A stretch of 64,000 nucleotides of DNA from Pyrinomonadaceae bacterium. GTDB taxonomy: Bacteria; Acidobacteriota; Blastocatellia; Pyrinomonadales; Pyrinomonadaceae. Below, one piece after another: positions 1-9,641 of the stretch (within the stretch, counting starts at the first letter, position 1; every line of letters begins with the position of its first letter). Position numbers and translations under genes: made by a program. The stretch covers positions 626,399-690,398 of the forward strand of contig CAWGWE010000002.1 of assembly GCA_963826235.1 (NCBI GenBank), given 5' to 3'. The notes under the pieces are model-generated. The model searched no databases. It had not been told where the DNA came from and saw only the letters and a list, made by a program, of their open reading frames with translations.

Positions 1-187
1 CTCGGGGCACAATGAAGTTGCCAAGAAGGGCGTCAACGGAGGTACCGCCCCAACATAACCGGGCACCACCCTCCGAACGCCGGTTGCGAGCCTTGGTGAA
101 TAAGGATAACCTCTGGCCTTTTGTTGTTGTCTGAATGCGGGCCCGTGCAGCAAGCTACGAGTCGAACTGGTCGAAGAGGAGTTTGGA

Positions 188-1903
188 TTGGCTGCAAAAG
201 CAGAAGCAATTGTGACAGCGGGATTGAGGCCGGAGCTGTTCCCGCAACGTGGGGCCATCCTGGCCAGTCGCACACTCGTAATAGCAACACTGCTTTTGCT
301 GGTGTTCGCTGGATTCAGTTTGCGTGCGATCGGTCTCAGTACTGAAGGTTTGAGCGAAGACGAGCTCAATAAACTTAATGCCGTCTCAGACTATCGCCAG
401 AACGGGCTGACCGCGGCCAACGGTGAGCACCCGTTTCTGATGAAAGCCCTACAAACGGGAAGTCTCTTCCTGGCTGAAAAATGGAACAGCACTTCTTCTG
501 TGGCGGCGCGGGGCCACCTCCAGGTTTCACCGGAAACCGCCTTGAGACTGCCCGGCGCGATCTTTGGGGCGCTAACTGTAATTCTTATTTATCTTGTCGC
601 GGCGGAGCTGTTTGGAGCTGAAATAGCGTTGATAGCTGCTACGCTTTGGGCTTTTGATCCTCAGGCGATTGCTTTCAGTCGCGTCGCTAAGGAAGACACG
701 TTCCTGCTCTTCTTCTTTCTGCTGGCAAATATCTTTTGGCTACGGGGACAACGGGTGGCAGAAGGCAACACAAACAAGCGTCCGCAACCTTACTACTGGG
801 CCGCGGCGGCTTCCTGCGGCGCAATGCTCGCGTCGAAGTATTTGCCTTCTCTGCTCGTGGTTGGTCTTTCCTATTACTGGATCTTCCAGGCGATACCTGA
901 AACTCGCTGGCGCCTGGGCAAGAAACGTATGCTGCTTTTTCTGCTAATTATGACCAGCGTTTTTCTGTTGCTCAACCCTACGATTCTGCTGCCGGCAACT
1001 TGGCGGGAAATGGGAATCTTCGCCGGGCAGAAGCGGATAGGACACGACGGCTATGAATTTATGGGGTCGCTTTACAGCCACCGCATGACTGACTGGCTGA
1101 ATGGAATTCCCTGGTACTTCTACCTTGTCTTCATAGCGGTGAAACTGCCCTTATTAACCATCGCTGGTTTCATCGTCGGACTGCCGTTGCTCTTCCGACG
1201 AAAGATCGGCGACGGCCGCTACTTTCTTCTGTTTTGGTTATTTGTCTGGGTTATGAGCTTTATGTGGGCGGGCGGAAAGTTTACGCGCTATTTCACCGTT
1301 GTCTTGCCGGCAGTATTAATCACCTCTGCAATTGGGATTAATTTCGCCGGACGCTGGCTCGGTGCGAATTTGAAAAGCCTTTTTGCTGCGGAGGGCATAG
1401 CAGCATACGCGCGAGTCGCTTTGGTAGCGGTTGTCGTGGTGCTGTCGGTCGTAGCTTCAATCAATGCCTCGCCGCATTTTCGTTTGTATACGAACGTGCT
1501 TGGTGGCGGAATGGATCGGGCCGGATATTACTTTCCTCATGATGAGTTTTATGACGCCAGCATGCGCGACGCGATTTCTGAAGTAGCCCAGCGCGCCGCG
1601 CCGGGCGCGCGCGTCGCGAGTGAGAGTCCCATTCTTGCCGCTTATTACGCGGAGCGGATTAATCGCCAAGATCTGAATTGCGTCTCACTTTCCGATCCGG
1701 AAGCACTACGGCAATTGCAGAGGAGCGACTTCATCATTGATGCCCGAGGACGGCGTTATTTCAGTAACGATGCGTTGCTTTCGCAGTTGCGCCAGGCAGT
1801 CGTCCCGGCAATCACGGTTTCGCTCGGTGGCGTTCGCTCAGCGAATGTTTACCAGGTAGAAGATAAGGTGTTGAAAGTTCTGAATGATGCAACGGCTAGG
1901 TAA
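188..1903 (+). CDS. Polytopic membrane glycosyltransferase, GT-C fold (family 39 / ArnT-PMT-like)
   Basis: 571-aa ORF with a TTG start as given in the ORF track (start uncertain). It has more than 10 hydrophobic segments, an acidic first-loop motif 'LSEDELNKL' and a soluble C-terminal part. It resembles PMT_2/ArnT-type enzymes from memory. Confidence 0.5.
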   Translation: MAAKAEAIVTAGLRPELFPQRGAILASRTLVIATLLLLVFAGFSLRAIGLSTEGLSEDELNKLNAVSDYRQNGLTAANGEHPFLMKALQTGSLFLAEKWNSTSSVAARGHLQVSPETALRLPGAIFGALTVILIYLVAAELFGAEIALIAATLWAFDPQAIAFSRVAKEDTFLLFFFLLANIFWLRGQRVAEGNTNKRPQPYYWAAAASCGAMLASKYLPSLLVVGLSYYWIFQAIPETRWRLGKKRMLLFLLIMTSVFLLLNPTILLPATWREMGIFAGQKRIGHDGYEFMGSLYSHRMTDWLNGIPWYFYLVFIAVKLPLLTIAGFIVGLPLLFRRKIGDGRYFLLFWLFVWVMSFMWAGGKFTRYFTVVLPAVLITSAIGINFAGRWLGANLKSLFAAEGIAAYARVALVAVVVVLSVVASINASPHFRLYTNVLGGGMDRAGYYFPHDEFYDASMRDAISEVAQRAAPGARVASESPILAAYYAERINRQDLNCVSLSDPEALRQLQRSDFIIDARGRRYFSNDALLSQLRQAVVPAITVSLGGVRSANVYQVEDKVLKVLNDATAR

Positions 1904-1932
1904 TGCTGGGGAGGCGTGACCTCGCGACGTTT

Positions 1933-2168
1933 CACCGCCAAGGCGCCAAGAAACGCAGAGTACGCCAAGACAACTTCGTTAGAGCCGCGATCGGTACAGT
2001 ACGGGGGCGGTAGCTAACCGAATTCTGACTACCAAAAATCAAGTTCCGGAGCTGGTCGAGTAAGCACTCTAAATCCAGGTCTCAATCCCGATTGTGATAT
2101 CTCTTGAATGCGGTCGCTACCGCTCCGTACCGTACCGTTTGCGATCCCTGGCGCGCCTTGGCGGTTGA
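1933..2168. repeat. Nested two-family inverted repeat between convergent genes (families CGCCAAG and GTACAGTACGG/GCGGTAGC)
   Basis: The outer arms are 'caccgccaaggcgccaag' (1933-1970 run) and 'cttggcggtt' (2148-2168). The inner arms are 'gatcggtacagtacgggggcggtagc' (1989-2014) and 'gctaccgctccgtaccgtaccg..gatc' (2110-2146), which match at about 20 of 23 positions. Confidence 0.8.
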
Positions 2169-2186
2169 AGAGTTAAAAAGCACTTC

Positions 2187-3983
2187 CTACCTTCTGAGTT
2201 CCACCTCCACGGGTCTTGCATCAGTCTTGTTGTCGTAACCCTCAGGCCAGTTGGAGATGTTAATCCCATAGGCCCAGTCGGCTTCAGGAGTGACTGCCAA
2301 ACGAATTGTAAGCGGCAGGCCACGCATCGCCCTCAGTCTCACGAAGAAACCCTCGACACGCCATTCCTGAATCACGGGCTGCCCCTTCGGCTCAAGCGAA
2401 ATGAGTCGGGAACCACAGTCAACGCCGTTCACAAACAAAGTGACGCGGGTTTGAATGTCTTCTGGCCGTACATCCTCTGGTGGCACTGGCTGAATTCGCG
2501 CCCGCACAATGATCTGGCTGACGCGGCGGCGTTCCGCGCGTTCCGGAATCACATAATCAACCGCTCCCATGCCAAAGCCCCAGATGTAACCGGGACCGCT
2601 GCCGATCTTCTCAAAGCGAATGTCACTCGCCTGCTCCGGTTTAAATGAATAAAGAATCGATCGGTCCTCGCGCACAAACATCCGGGGAGCGTCAGCAGTT
2701 TCTCGGGACCAGGTAAACTGTCGTGGAATCAAATGGCGGCCAGCTTCGCTCAGTCGCGCAGAAGGTTCAGCTGCACGCAAGGCCGCAAAATTCCTGGCTG
2801 CATTTTGGATTTCAGAAAACAAAGCCTGGTCGCGCGCAGTTGTATAAGTAATGCCGAAACCTCTTTGCGTATCTGGCGTCAATATCCAGAACATCGCGCC
2901 GGCGGCTCCGGCGCGAAGATTCGCGTCAAAGAATTCCCTAAACCAATCTCTTTGGCTGAAGCCGTTGTATCCATTCGGTCCGATGCCGAATTCGCCGAGC
3001 ACCAGCGGCTTTGCCAGCGACAGAGCGGCGGCGGCCCGGTTATCGATGAACTCGCGCAGAGCCTGCGGACTCTCAACGAAGCTGTTTGCATCTTCGCGCG
3101 GGTAGTTGTGAACATCGCAGTAGTCGATTGTCTTCAGCCGGTGATCCGCGAGCCACTCGCGCCGCTCTACTGCAGTGCGGTAACCCCATGCGCCCGGTGT
3201 GATCAAATGATTGGCATCGAGAGACTTCAAGTAGCTGCTCATCTCGGCAATCCACGCCCGCCGCTCGTGCCACCTGCCCGTTGTTGCCTGTGCTTCATTC
3301 ATTAATTCCCAGCCCAGAATCGTGGGATCGTCGCGATAGAGAACACCGGTGACCGTGTTGCGCCGGGTCACAACCTTTTCTAGATGCTCGCGGTATAACC
3401 TCCGCGTGGTTTCGTTTGTGTAGAAAAGCATCGCGCGATGAGGATTGATGCCAAAAGGATAGCTGGTATCGGCAGCGTCATTGATTCCGGCCCAGCGCAA
3501 ATATTGAGTTACGCCGCCGGTATCGCGCCACCAGTTCGTCAGACAAAGCTGCACCCGTAGATTGTTCCGCTGCGCCTCAGCCAGCACACGATCGAGATGG
3601 ACAAACGACTCTTCGTTCCATTGACCGGGCGCCCAACGAAACGGATGCGTTCGCGGCCAGTCTGCAAAGTCAGCAAGTGGTCCAATATCGTCCGGCCCAC
3701 CCTCGCCAAATGCCCAAACGCGAACCACGCCCATTCCTGCCTGCGCGGCTTGTCTTAAAGTCTCGGGCATGGCAGCTCGATCTTCATCACGGTACATCAC
3801 GGCTACATTCGCGCCTACAAAACGAAATGGTTCGCCGTCGATCAAGAAACGACTGCGTTCTGTAGTGACAAAGCCTTTCGCAACAGCCGGTGAAGCTTTG
3901 GGCGACCGCCAGCGCAAAAAGAAGAAGGCCGCGCTCACAAGTACCGCGAGCGCGGCGATTAGCAAAAGTCTCTTTGTCATCAA
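2187..3983 (-). CDS. Glycoside hydrolase family 5 (mannanase/cellulase-like) with extra C-terminal domain
   Basis: 598-aa ORF with an N-terminal signal/anchor 'MMTKRLLLIAALAVLVSAAFFF'. GH5 signatures are 'GWELMNEA' (acid/base Glu) and 'VLGEFG' (nucleophile Glu). The ~200-aa C-terminal region is of unknown type, and substrate specificity is not resolvable by eye. Confidence 0.7.
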   Translation of the reverse strand: MMTKRLLLIAALAVLVSAAFFFLRWRSPKASPAVAKGFVTTERSRFLIDGEPFRFVGANVAVMYRDEDRAAMPETLRQAAQAGMGVVRVWAFGEGGPDDIGPLADFADWPRTHPFRWAPGQWNEESFVHLDRVLAEAQRNNLRVQLCLTNWWRDTGGVTQYLRWAGINDAADTSYPFGINPHRAMLFYTNETTRRLYREHLEKVVTRRNTVTGVLYRDDPTILGWELMNEAQATTGRWHERRAWIAEMSSYLKSLDANHLITPGAWGYRTAVERREWLADHRLKTIDYCDVHNYPREDANSFVESPQALREFIDNRAAAALSLAKPLVLGEFGIGPNGYNGFSQRDWFREFFDANLRAGAAGAMFWILTPDTQRGFGITYTTARDQALFSEIQNAARNFAALRAAEPSARLSEAGRHLIPRQFTWSRETADAPRMFVREDRSILYSFKPEQASDIRFEKIGSGPGYIWGFGMGAVDYVIPERAERRRVSQIIVRARIQPVPPEDVRPEDIQTRVTLFVNGVDCGSRLISLEPKGQPVIQEWRVEGFFVRLRAMRGLPLTIRLAVTPEADWAYGINISNWPEGYDNKTDARPVEVELRR

Positions 3984-4002
3984 GGCGAAGTTGTGGGGAT
4001 CT

Positions 4003-4350
4003 TTAACGCGGATTCGTCAGCCGAATAAAACCCATGATGGCGCAGAGCGCTGCGATAATTACAAAGATATTGAAGAAGGTGAGCAGGTTAAATACCAGGT
4101 TGTTGTCCTTCGTCAACAAGCTATAACCCAGGGCGAGGAATTGCAGGTGGTACAAGATCAGGCTGACCGCACCAAACGAAAACCAGCGGGCGGACGAACC
4201 GAAAGCCTTCGCGCGCGCGAAGCCCAGCACCGCCGCAATCAACCACGCAACTGCGCCCAGGACCAGCATGCCCATCGTGACCGGGACAAAGTACGTCGGT
4301 TCGCGAAAAACTGTCTCTGTTTGTGCGAGCAGTACTATCGTTGCGATCAT
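4003..4350 (-). CDS. Hypothetical integral membrane protein (about 4 TM)
   Basis: 115-aa ORF that is almost entirely hydrophobic helices. No family recognised. Confidence 0.5.
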   Translation of the reverse strand: MIATIVLLAQTETVFREPTYFVPVTMGMLVLGAVAWLIAAVLGFARAKAFGSSARWFSFGAVSLILYHLQFLALGYSLLTKDNNLVFNLLTFFNIFVIIAALCAIMGFIRLTNPR

Positions 4351-4392
4351 CTAAGGATCATCTCCGTCTGGATTTTGATTCGATAACATACC

Positions 4393-4441
4393 AAGCGCCG
4401 TTTGCGCACTCGCTAACACGACCAGTGCGCAAACGGCGTTT
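4393..4441 (-). terminator. Strong hairpin between the two small membrane-protein genes (terminator/attenuator-like)
   Basis: A 14-bp perfect stem pairs gccgtttgcgcact (4397-4410) with agtgcgcaaacggc (4424-4437). It is extendable to about 18 bp and has a 13-nt loop. No clear U-tract follows. Confidence 0.35.
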
Positions 4442-4528
4442 GCAATTCGACTTTAACAGAAGTCACTCACACACTCATGCAGAAGGGTCCGGCACCGGCA
4501 GCCTCAAAAAGACATACCCCGAGTGCCA

Positions 4529-4747
4529 TTACTGAGTAATGTGAATTTCCTCTTCCTTGTTGACGTGTCCCAGAAAATATATCAGCCCGCAAACGAAAGC
4601 GATTACGGCAAGGCCCAGGGCCCACCAGAGGTGGCTGTGTCCGCCCTCTGCTTCCACAAACGTTACGAATTTATAGAAGTAAAAGATCGAGCCTGCCAAA
4701 GCCGCCAAACCAACGATCACGGCCAATATGTCTTTGATGCTTTTCAT
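4529..4747 (-). CDS. Hypothetical small membrane protein (2 TM)
   Basis: 72-aa ORF with two hydrophobic helices flanking 'EAEGGHSHLWW'. It is on the same strand as, and upstream of, 4003..4350. Confidence 0.45.
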   Translation of the reverse strand: MKSIKDILAVIVGLAALAGSIFYFYKFVTFVEAEGGHSHLWWALGLAVIAFVCGLIYFLGHVNKEEEIHITQ

Positions 4748-4850
4748 TTTGAACCTCCGGCCAATGAGTTGTTATGAAGGTTTCGGAAAAAGCCAATGTC
4801 CTATTAATGGGCTGCATGTTAACGCCTGCCCTCAAATTAAAGCAAGCCCA

Positions 4851-6893
4851 CTACTTTAGGATCTGGCGCCGATCTCCCACCCTTCTGGTAATTCGTTCAC
4901 GATCCAGAAACTCCAGGAGGGGAATCGCATACTTTCGCGAGACTCCCGCCAGCTCTTTGAAAGTGGCCACGTCGAGCGAGGGGTCGGACGGGTGTTTGAG
5001 GGCAAACTGCTGCAACGTCATGGTTAATTCAGCAAGGGGACGGCTATGAAAGTACAAATCTCCCTGGACGCGTACTAAAGTGCCCTGATCCAGCAGCAGT
5101 TGCAACAGTTTACGTGCATGCGTTTTTTGCGCTGGGGACACGCCCGCCGTTTGCAGCGCTTCGTCCAGAGTTGGCGGCTCCAGGCCCGCAAGCTCGTAGA
5201 GTGAATTCATGCGATCGCGCAGGGCGGCGTCGGGACCGGAAAGTTCAAGCACATGAGCACTCGTCCGAACCAGGTCCTTTTCCGACACTACTGACCCCGC
5301 GTTTTCCAGATCGGACAAGACTGTGCGGAAGACTTCGGCCGAGATATGGGCAAAGTGACGCTCGCGAAGTGTCTCGCGCGCCAAACCTCGTGACAGCGGC
5401 TCTCGCTTGTGATGTTCTTCTACTTCACTCAGCGCAGCCGCTTTGAGACTCGCATACCTGTTTTGATCCAGCAGCAGGCCGCTACAATCGACAATCATTC
5501 CTCGGTGGATCGCTTCATTCAGCGACGGAATCAAACGTCCGTCTTCCCAACCCGTGCGTGCCTTTAAATCTTCCTTCCGTTGTCCCAGGTCACCCGAGAT
5601 TGCAATCAGGACGGACAACTGAGCAGCGGGATCGTCCCCGGCGAGGATTGCCAAACCGTGGCGGACCTCTTCCAGGTCGCGCCCCCGATGTTTGCCGGCA
5701 AGTGGATCGAGAATCTCGCCCCCGGCAATCGTGATTGAAGGAGAGTAAGACCGCAGGATGAAGTGTTCACCCGTGACTGCAGCGATCGGTTTCTCCAAAC
5801 GTAGTTGCACTAGACCCGTGGCTCCCGGCGCAATTTGACCGCTGGATTCCAGCACTTGAATCCGCGCCAAAACCTCCGCGGCATGGATATGAAATCGGAC
5901 TCGTGCTCGCGATCGCAAGGCGCGCGGCGCCCCAGGAAGCACCGAAACTTTCACATCAAGTATCTGTGTACTGCGCAGACTCGAGACCGGAGCCAACAGC
6001 ATCCCGCGCTCGATCGCATTTGTGTCGATGCCTCCGAGGTTCACGGCTGTGCGCTGTCCCGCCCTCGCCTGGGCCACGGCGTTTCCATGGACTTGAACTC
6101 CTCGCGCTCGCACACGACTGTGACCAGGCAGCAGTTCAAGTTCCTCCCCTTCCCTGATCGTACCGGAGACGAGCGTCCCGGTGACGACCGCCCCAAATCC
6201 TTTCATCGCGAAGACGCGATCAACTGGCAGCCGCGGCAGGAGACCTTCGGCGCGCGCCGGCACTTGAAGACTCACCTCTTTTAGCGCTTGCTTTAATTGG
6301 TCGAGGCCGGAACCCGTTTTGGCGCTCACAGGAATAATCGGTGCTGACTCGAGAAATGAGCCGGTTACAAGTTCAGCGATCTCAGACTCTACCAACTCGA
6401 GAAGTTCCTCTTCGACTAGATCGGTCTTAGTAATTACGATCAGTCCCCGCTTGACGCCGAGCAGACGGCAAATGTCGAAATGTTCGCGGGTTTGCGGCAT
6501 CACGCCTTCGTCGGCAGCAATCACAAGGGCAACGACATCAATTCCGTGAGCTCCCGCGAGCATGTTTTTGACGAAGCGTTCGTGGCCCGGTACATCGACG
6601 AACCCAATTCGCACTCCGTCCAGATCCAGATCAGCAAAGCCCAGGTCAATCGTAATTCCGCGCCGCTTTTCTTCGGGTAGACGGTCCGGGTCGCGGCCTG
6701 TCAGCGCGCGCACCAGAGCACTCTTTCCATGATCGATGTGGCCGGCGGTTCCGATGATGACGGAAGCGAAGGTGTCGGGTGACGGGTGTCGGGTGACGGG
6801 CGTCCGGTGTCGGGTTTCAGGGGACAGGTGTCGGGTAACCGATGAACCGTGCTCGGATTCTGGATCTTTTACACCGTCAGCAGGCGATGTCAT
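4851..6893 (-). CDS. selB: Selenocysteine-specific translation elongation factor SelB
   Basis: 680-aa ORF with GTPase motifs '[11 protein letters not shown]', 'DVPGHERF' and 'TKTD'. It has a long winged-helix C-terminus ending '[21 protein letters not shown]'. A ~45-aa N-terminal extension ('[22 protein letters not shown]') is encoded by the GTGACGG repeat run. Its ATG overlaps the stop of the upstream ORF (ATGA at 6890-6893). Confidence 0.9.
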   Translation of the reverse strand: MTSPADGVKDPESEHGSSVTRHLSPETRHRTPVTRHPSPDTFASVIIGTAGHIDHGKSALVRALTGRDPDRLPEEKRRGITIDLGFADLDLDGVRIGFVDVPGHERFVKNMLAGAHGIDVVALVIAADEGVMPQTREHFDICRLLGVKRGLIVITKTDLVEEELLELVESEIAELVTGSFLESAPIIPVSAKTGSGLDQLKQALKEVSLQVPARAEGLLPRLPVDRVFAMKGFGAVVTGTLVSGTIREGEELELLPGHSRVRARGVQVHGNAVAQARAGQRTAVNLGGIDTNAIERGMLLAPVSSLRSTQILDVKVSVLPGAPRALRSRARVRFHIHAAEVLARIQVLESSGQIAPGATGLVQLRLEKPIAAVTGEHFILRSYSPSITIAGGEILDPLAGKHRGRDLEEVRHGLAILAGDDPAAQLSVLIAISGDLGQRKEDLKARTGWEDGRLIPSLNEAIHRGMIVDCSGLLLDQNRYASLKAAALSEVEEHHKREPLSRGLARETLRERHFAHISAEVFRTVLSDLENAGSVVSEKDLVRTSAHVLELSGPDAALRDRMNSLYELAGLEPPTLDEALQTAGVSPAQKTHARKLLQLLLDQGTLVRVQGDLYFHSRPLAELTMTLQQFALKHPSDPSLDVATFKELAGVSRKYAIPLLEFLDRERITRRVGDRRQILK
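6771..6840. repeat. GTGTCGG/GTGACGG heptamer run (inside the selB 5' end)
   Basis: The run reads 'ggtgtcgggtgacgggtgtcgggtgacgggcgtccggtgtcgggtttcaggggacaggtgtcgggtaacc'. An inverted partner lies at 7351-7396. Confidence 0.85.
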
Positions 6894-7265
6894 AGGCCGC
6901 TCAATTCAAAACGTGTTCGTAATGGGTTTCTGAGAGAGTAAAGTTGCCTTCCCAAAGAGTTAATCTCACCTAGCAGTTCTTTCAGCTCTGAAGGTTGAAC
7001 ATACTCAAGTCGGCCTTGCGAATTCCACTTGCGTTTCGATCCGGGCAGGGGATGCCTGAGCGATCGAGATATGGTGCAGATATTCTCGCAGATGATCTCT
7101 GGTATGCCCCTCCGCAACATTAGACGGAACCGAAACAATCGCCCTTTGTAGTTGGCTCATCAATCCGTAGGTTTCATGTTTTGGAAATTTCTGCGTGAGC
7201 CGATAGATCATCTCTACCAACTCCATTGCTTGTTGCCAGACTCTTAATTCGCGAAAGCTTTTCAT
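6890..7265 (-). pseudogene. Four-helix-bundle protein (23S rRNA intervening-sequence protein family), frame-disrupted
   Basis: ORF 7005..7313, trimmed to ATG 7265 (GGGAG RBS), reads 'MKSFRELRVWQQAMELVEMIYRLTQKFPKHETYGLMSQLQRAIVSVPSNVAEGH'. The family C-terminus 'RLEYVQPSELKELLGEINSLGRQLYSLRN' continues in ORF 6890..7138 in another frame. A 1-nt indel lies near GGCC 7012-7015. Confidence 0.65.
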
Positions 7266-7350
7266 GAGGATCTCCCTGGTGGTGAGGTTTGCGGGTTTGC
7301 CACGCAATTCCAATGAAGGTTAGTGGAAATCCCGATGCCAGTCCATGGGA

Positions 7351-7396
7351 CCCGTGACCCGTCACCCGGTGACCTGGCACCCGTCACCCGTCACCG
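7351..7396. repeat. CCGTCAC/CCGACAC heptamer run, inverse of 6771-6840
   Basis: The run reads 'cccgtgacccgtcacccggtgacctggcacccgtcacccgtcaccg'. It lies between the VWA gene stop and the four-helix-bundle gene. Confidence 0.85.
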
Positions 7397-7399
7397 CTC

Positions 7400-9604
7400 T
7401 TATTTAACCATTTCAAAATCGATCCATTGCGTGGCAGTGCGGTATTTTTCTTTTGCCAGCGGATCAGTGGCGATCACTTGAAAGACATACTCTCCCGGCT
7501 TCATCTCCGTTCCCAGCTGCATCGCACCGGCAACAGCCAGTCGCTTCAGGTCCGCTTGATTTGTCACGTCCAACGGTTTCACTTCTCCGCTGAAAATCTC
7601 TTGACCGTTGCGAAACAAGCGTACCTGCGTTTGCACGTTCGGTTTTCCGTTGGCAGCCAGTTGCGCGTTGTAGATTACGAATCCGTATTCCATGATCTGA
7701 CTGCGTTCAAAACGCCGGACCCCTACCCCCGCGCCGGGGGGAATAGATTCAGCCGAGTCTTCCGACGCGCCTTCCGGAGAGGCGTTCGACATTTTCTTGT
7801 CGAAACTTTCCCGTGTAGTGCCTTTCAGCAGGATTCCTGAAACCAGCAGCCGATTTTTTTTGATGTCAGGTACTTCAATAAATTGAGTCGCCGCTCCCAC
7901 GCGATCTGAACCGTTGTCGCGCAGTGCCGTACGCAATTGATAGGCTCCGGCCTTCTTGATGGGAACCATCAAGTTGTAGGTAAACCCGTGCTTCTTTACG
8001 ACCTCTAGTACCTTGCCCCTTAGTCTGATTGTCTGAGTGCGGCTTAGTTCATCAACGACCACACCATTGTCGCCAAATGTGATTGCCATAATATCGACGA
8101 CAACCTTTTCCCAATCGTCCTCCGCCTTAGTGAAAGTCAGGTCGCGACCGTCAATGTGAAGGAACGAGCGCATGACCGATCCGAACTTCGGATCGTTTGC
8201 GAAAAGGGACGTCAACCGCAAGCGAACACCGGCAGCTCCAAAGGGCGAAACAAGAGCGCCAACCATCCGTTGCACGGGCGTAAGGCTGGGCGGAATACGC
8301 TCCTCATCAGTAATCCCGTAAAAGCCGCTTCGCATTCGCACATTGAATTTGCCTTCGCGTTTAACTTTGAGTTTCAGTTTGTGGAATCTCCGGCGACCTG
8401 AAACCAAATCGAAAGTCGAATCGTCCGGCCGGTAGCCAATCAGGTAATAACCCTTCTGATCCTCTATCACCCGCTTAATGCCTTTATTCAAATCGTTGCT
8501 ATTGCGAATCGCAATGCCTCCCGTCTGTTGCGCTAGGTAGACTAGTCCTTGCTGAGAGTCGAAAAACGAACTACTGCGATCGCGTAAGCTCTGTTCCACC
8601 TGATCGGCATCCATCCCGAATGTGTTGTCGGACGCAGTTAGTCCGAAAACCGGCAAGCCCCGAGCATCCATCGTATAAATGACTACGGAGGCGCGGTTAG
8701 CCAGATCGGTCAAACTTCGCAGCCTGCTTAGAATGCGACTGCTGCGCGAGGGATTCGACGAGTTAAAGATCATGAGCCCGTCCGAGATTAATAAGACTGC
8801 CTTGCGCCCCGGCAATTCTCGCAGTCCACGAACGACGTAGTTAAGCGCGCCCAGGGTTCCCACCGCGAATAAGTCTTCGCGAAATTGATCAGCGTCTTCA
8901 CCGCGGGTTCGCTCAACCGTCAGATCATCCGTTCTGCGGTCTGCGAACGGGTCAGCCGCTATTGGCGCAAACGCAGAGATTCCGCCGCGCCCGTGAGGCG
9001 TCCATTTAACTTTCTCTACTGCTGCGTAAAGCTGTCGCTTATCCGAAGTGAACTGCTGCAGCGCCCCGATGCCACCGCTGGTGCGAATAATCGCTACTAA
9101 ATCATCGGGCTGCATTTGCTGATCGATGAACTTTTTCAGGGTCTCGCGCACGAAGTAAGTGCTTTCAAACGACAAGCCGAGGTCGTCGACAACGAGCGCC
9201 ATTGTGCGCCTTACTTGTTCTGGTCGTAACCGCACAGGAGGCAGAGGCGGTGCGGTTTTGTCGCCCGACGTTGCCGGTTGTGATCGCGTAACCTCGTTTG
9301 ATTCCAGTGAAATATAGGAAAGGTTTGTGATCTTTTGCGATTTGCCGTTCTCCAAAATGTCGAATTCTTCGGGACGAAGATCGGTGACCACTCGACCTTT
9401 GCTGTCGGTGACGACGGCATCGAGCTGAACCAGATTTGTGGTGATGCGAACCACGTCATCGTCGTCAGCCGTTTTAGGAGGCTGCTGCGCCGGCGCTGGA
9501 ACAGATTGTGAAGGTGATGCAGTTGGTGCAGGTTGTTGTTGCGCGAAAGCACCGAAAGAAAGTTGAGAGGTCAGTATCGCAGCGAGAAAGCGATGGTAAG
9601 TCAC
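7400..9604 (-). CDS. Secreted von Willebrand factor type A domain protein (acidobacterial VWFA-related architecture)
   Basis: 734-aa ORF with a GTG start. It has a signal peptide, a Pro/Gln-rich linker and a VWA core around 'ALVVDDLGLSFEST...LVAIIRTSGG'. The overall layout recalls TIGR03436 from memory. Confidence 0.7.
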   Translation of the reverse strand: MTYHRFLAAILTSQLSFGAFAQQQPAPTASPSQSVPAPAQQPPKTADDDDVVRITTNLVQLDAVVTDSKGRVVTDLRPEEFDILENGKSQKITNLSYISLESNEVTRSQPATSGDKTAPPLPPVRLRPEQVRRTMALVVDDLGLSFESTYFVRETLKKFIDQQMQPDDLVAIIRTSGGIGALQQFTSDKRQLYAAVEKVKWTPHGRGGISAFAPIAADPFADRRTDDLTVERTRGEDADQFREDLFAVGTLGALNYVVRGLRELPGRKAVLLISDGLMIFNSSNPSRSSRILSRLRSLTDLANRASVVIYTMDARGLPVFGLTASDNTFGMDADQVEQSLRDRSSSFFDSQQGLVYLAQQTGGIAIRNSNDLNKGIKRVIEDQKGYYLIGYRPDDSTFDLVSGRRRFHKLKLKVKREGKFNVRMRSGFYGITDEERIPPSLTPVQRMVGALVSPFGAAGVRLRLTSLFANDPKFGSVMRSFLHIDGRDLTFTKAEDDWEKVVVDIMAITFGDNGVVVDELSRTQTIRLRGKVLEVVKKHGFTYNLMVPIKKAGAYQLRTALRDNGSDRVGAATQFIEVPDIKKNRLLVSGILLKGTTRESFDKKMSNASPEGASEDSAESIPPGAGVGVRRFERSQIMEYGFVIYNAQLAANGKPNVQTQVRLFRNGQEIFSGEVKPLDVTNQADLKRLAVAGAMQLGTEMKPGEYVFQVIATDPLAKEKYRTATQWIDFEMVK

Positions 9605-9641
9605 GACAACACCCCTTGAGTTAGAATTTTATTGTTAGTCT

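Noticed and set aside
1-187. A possible 3' end of an upstream gene (open frame 3..134) and the minus-strand ORF 33..290.
   Set aside because: Both are too short and motif-free to support. The window edge prevents assessment.
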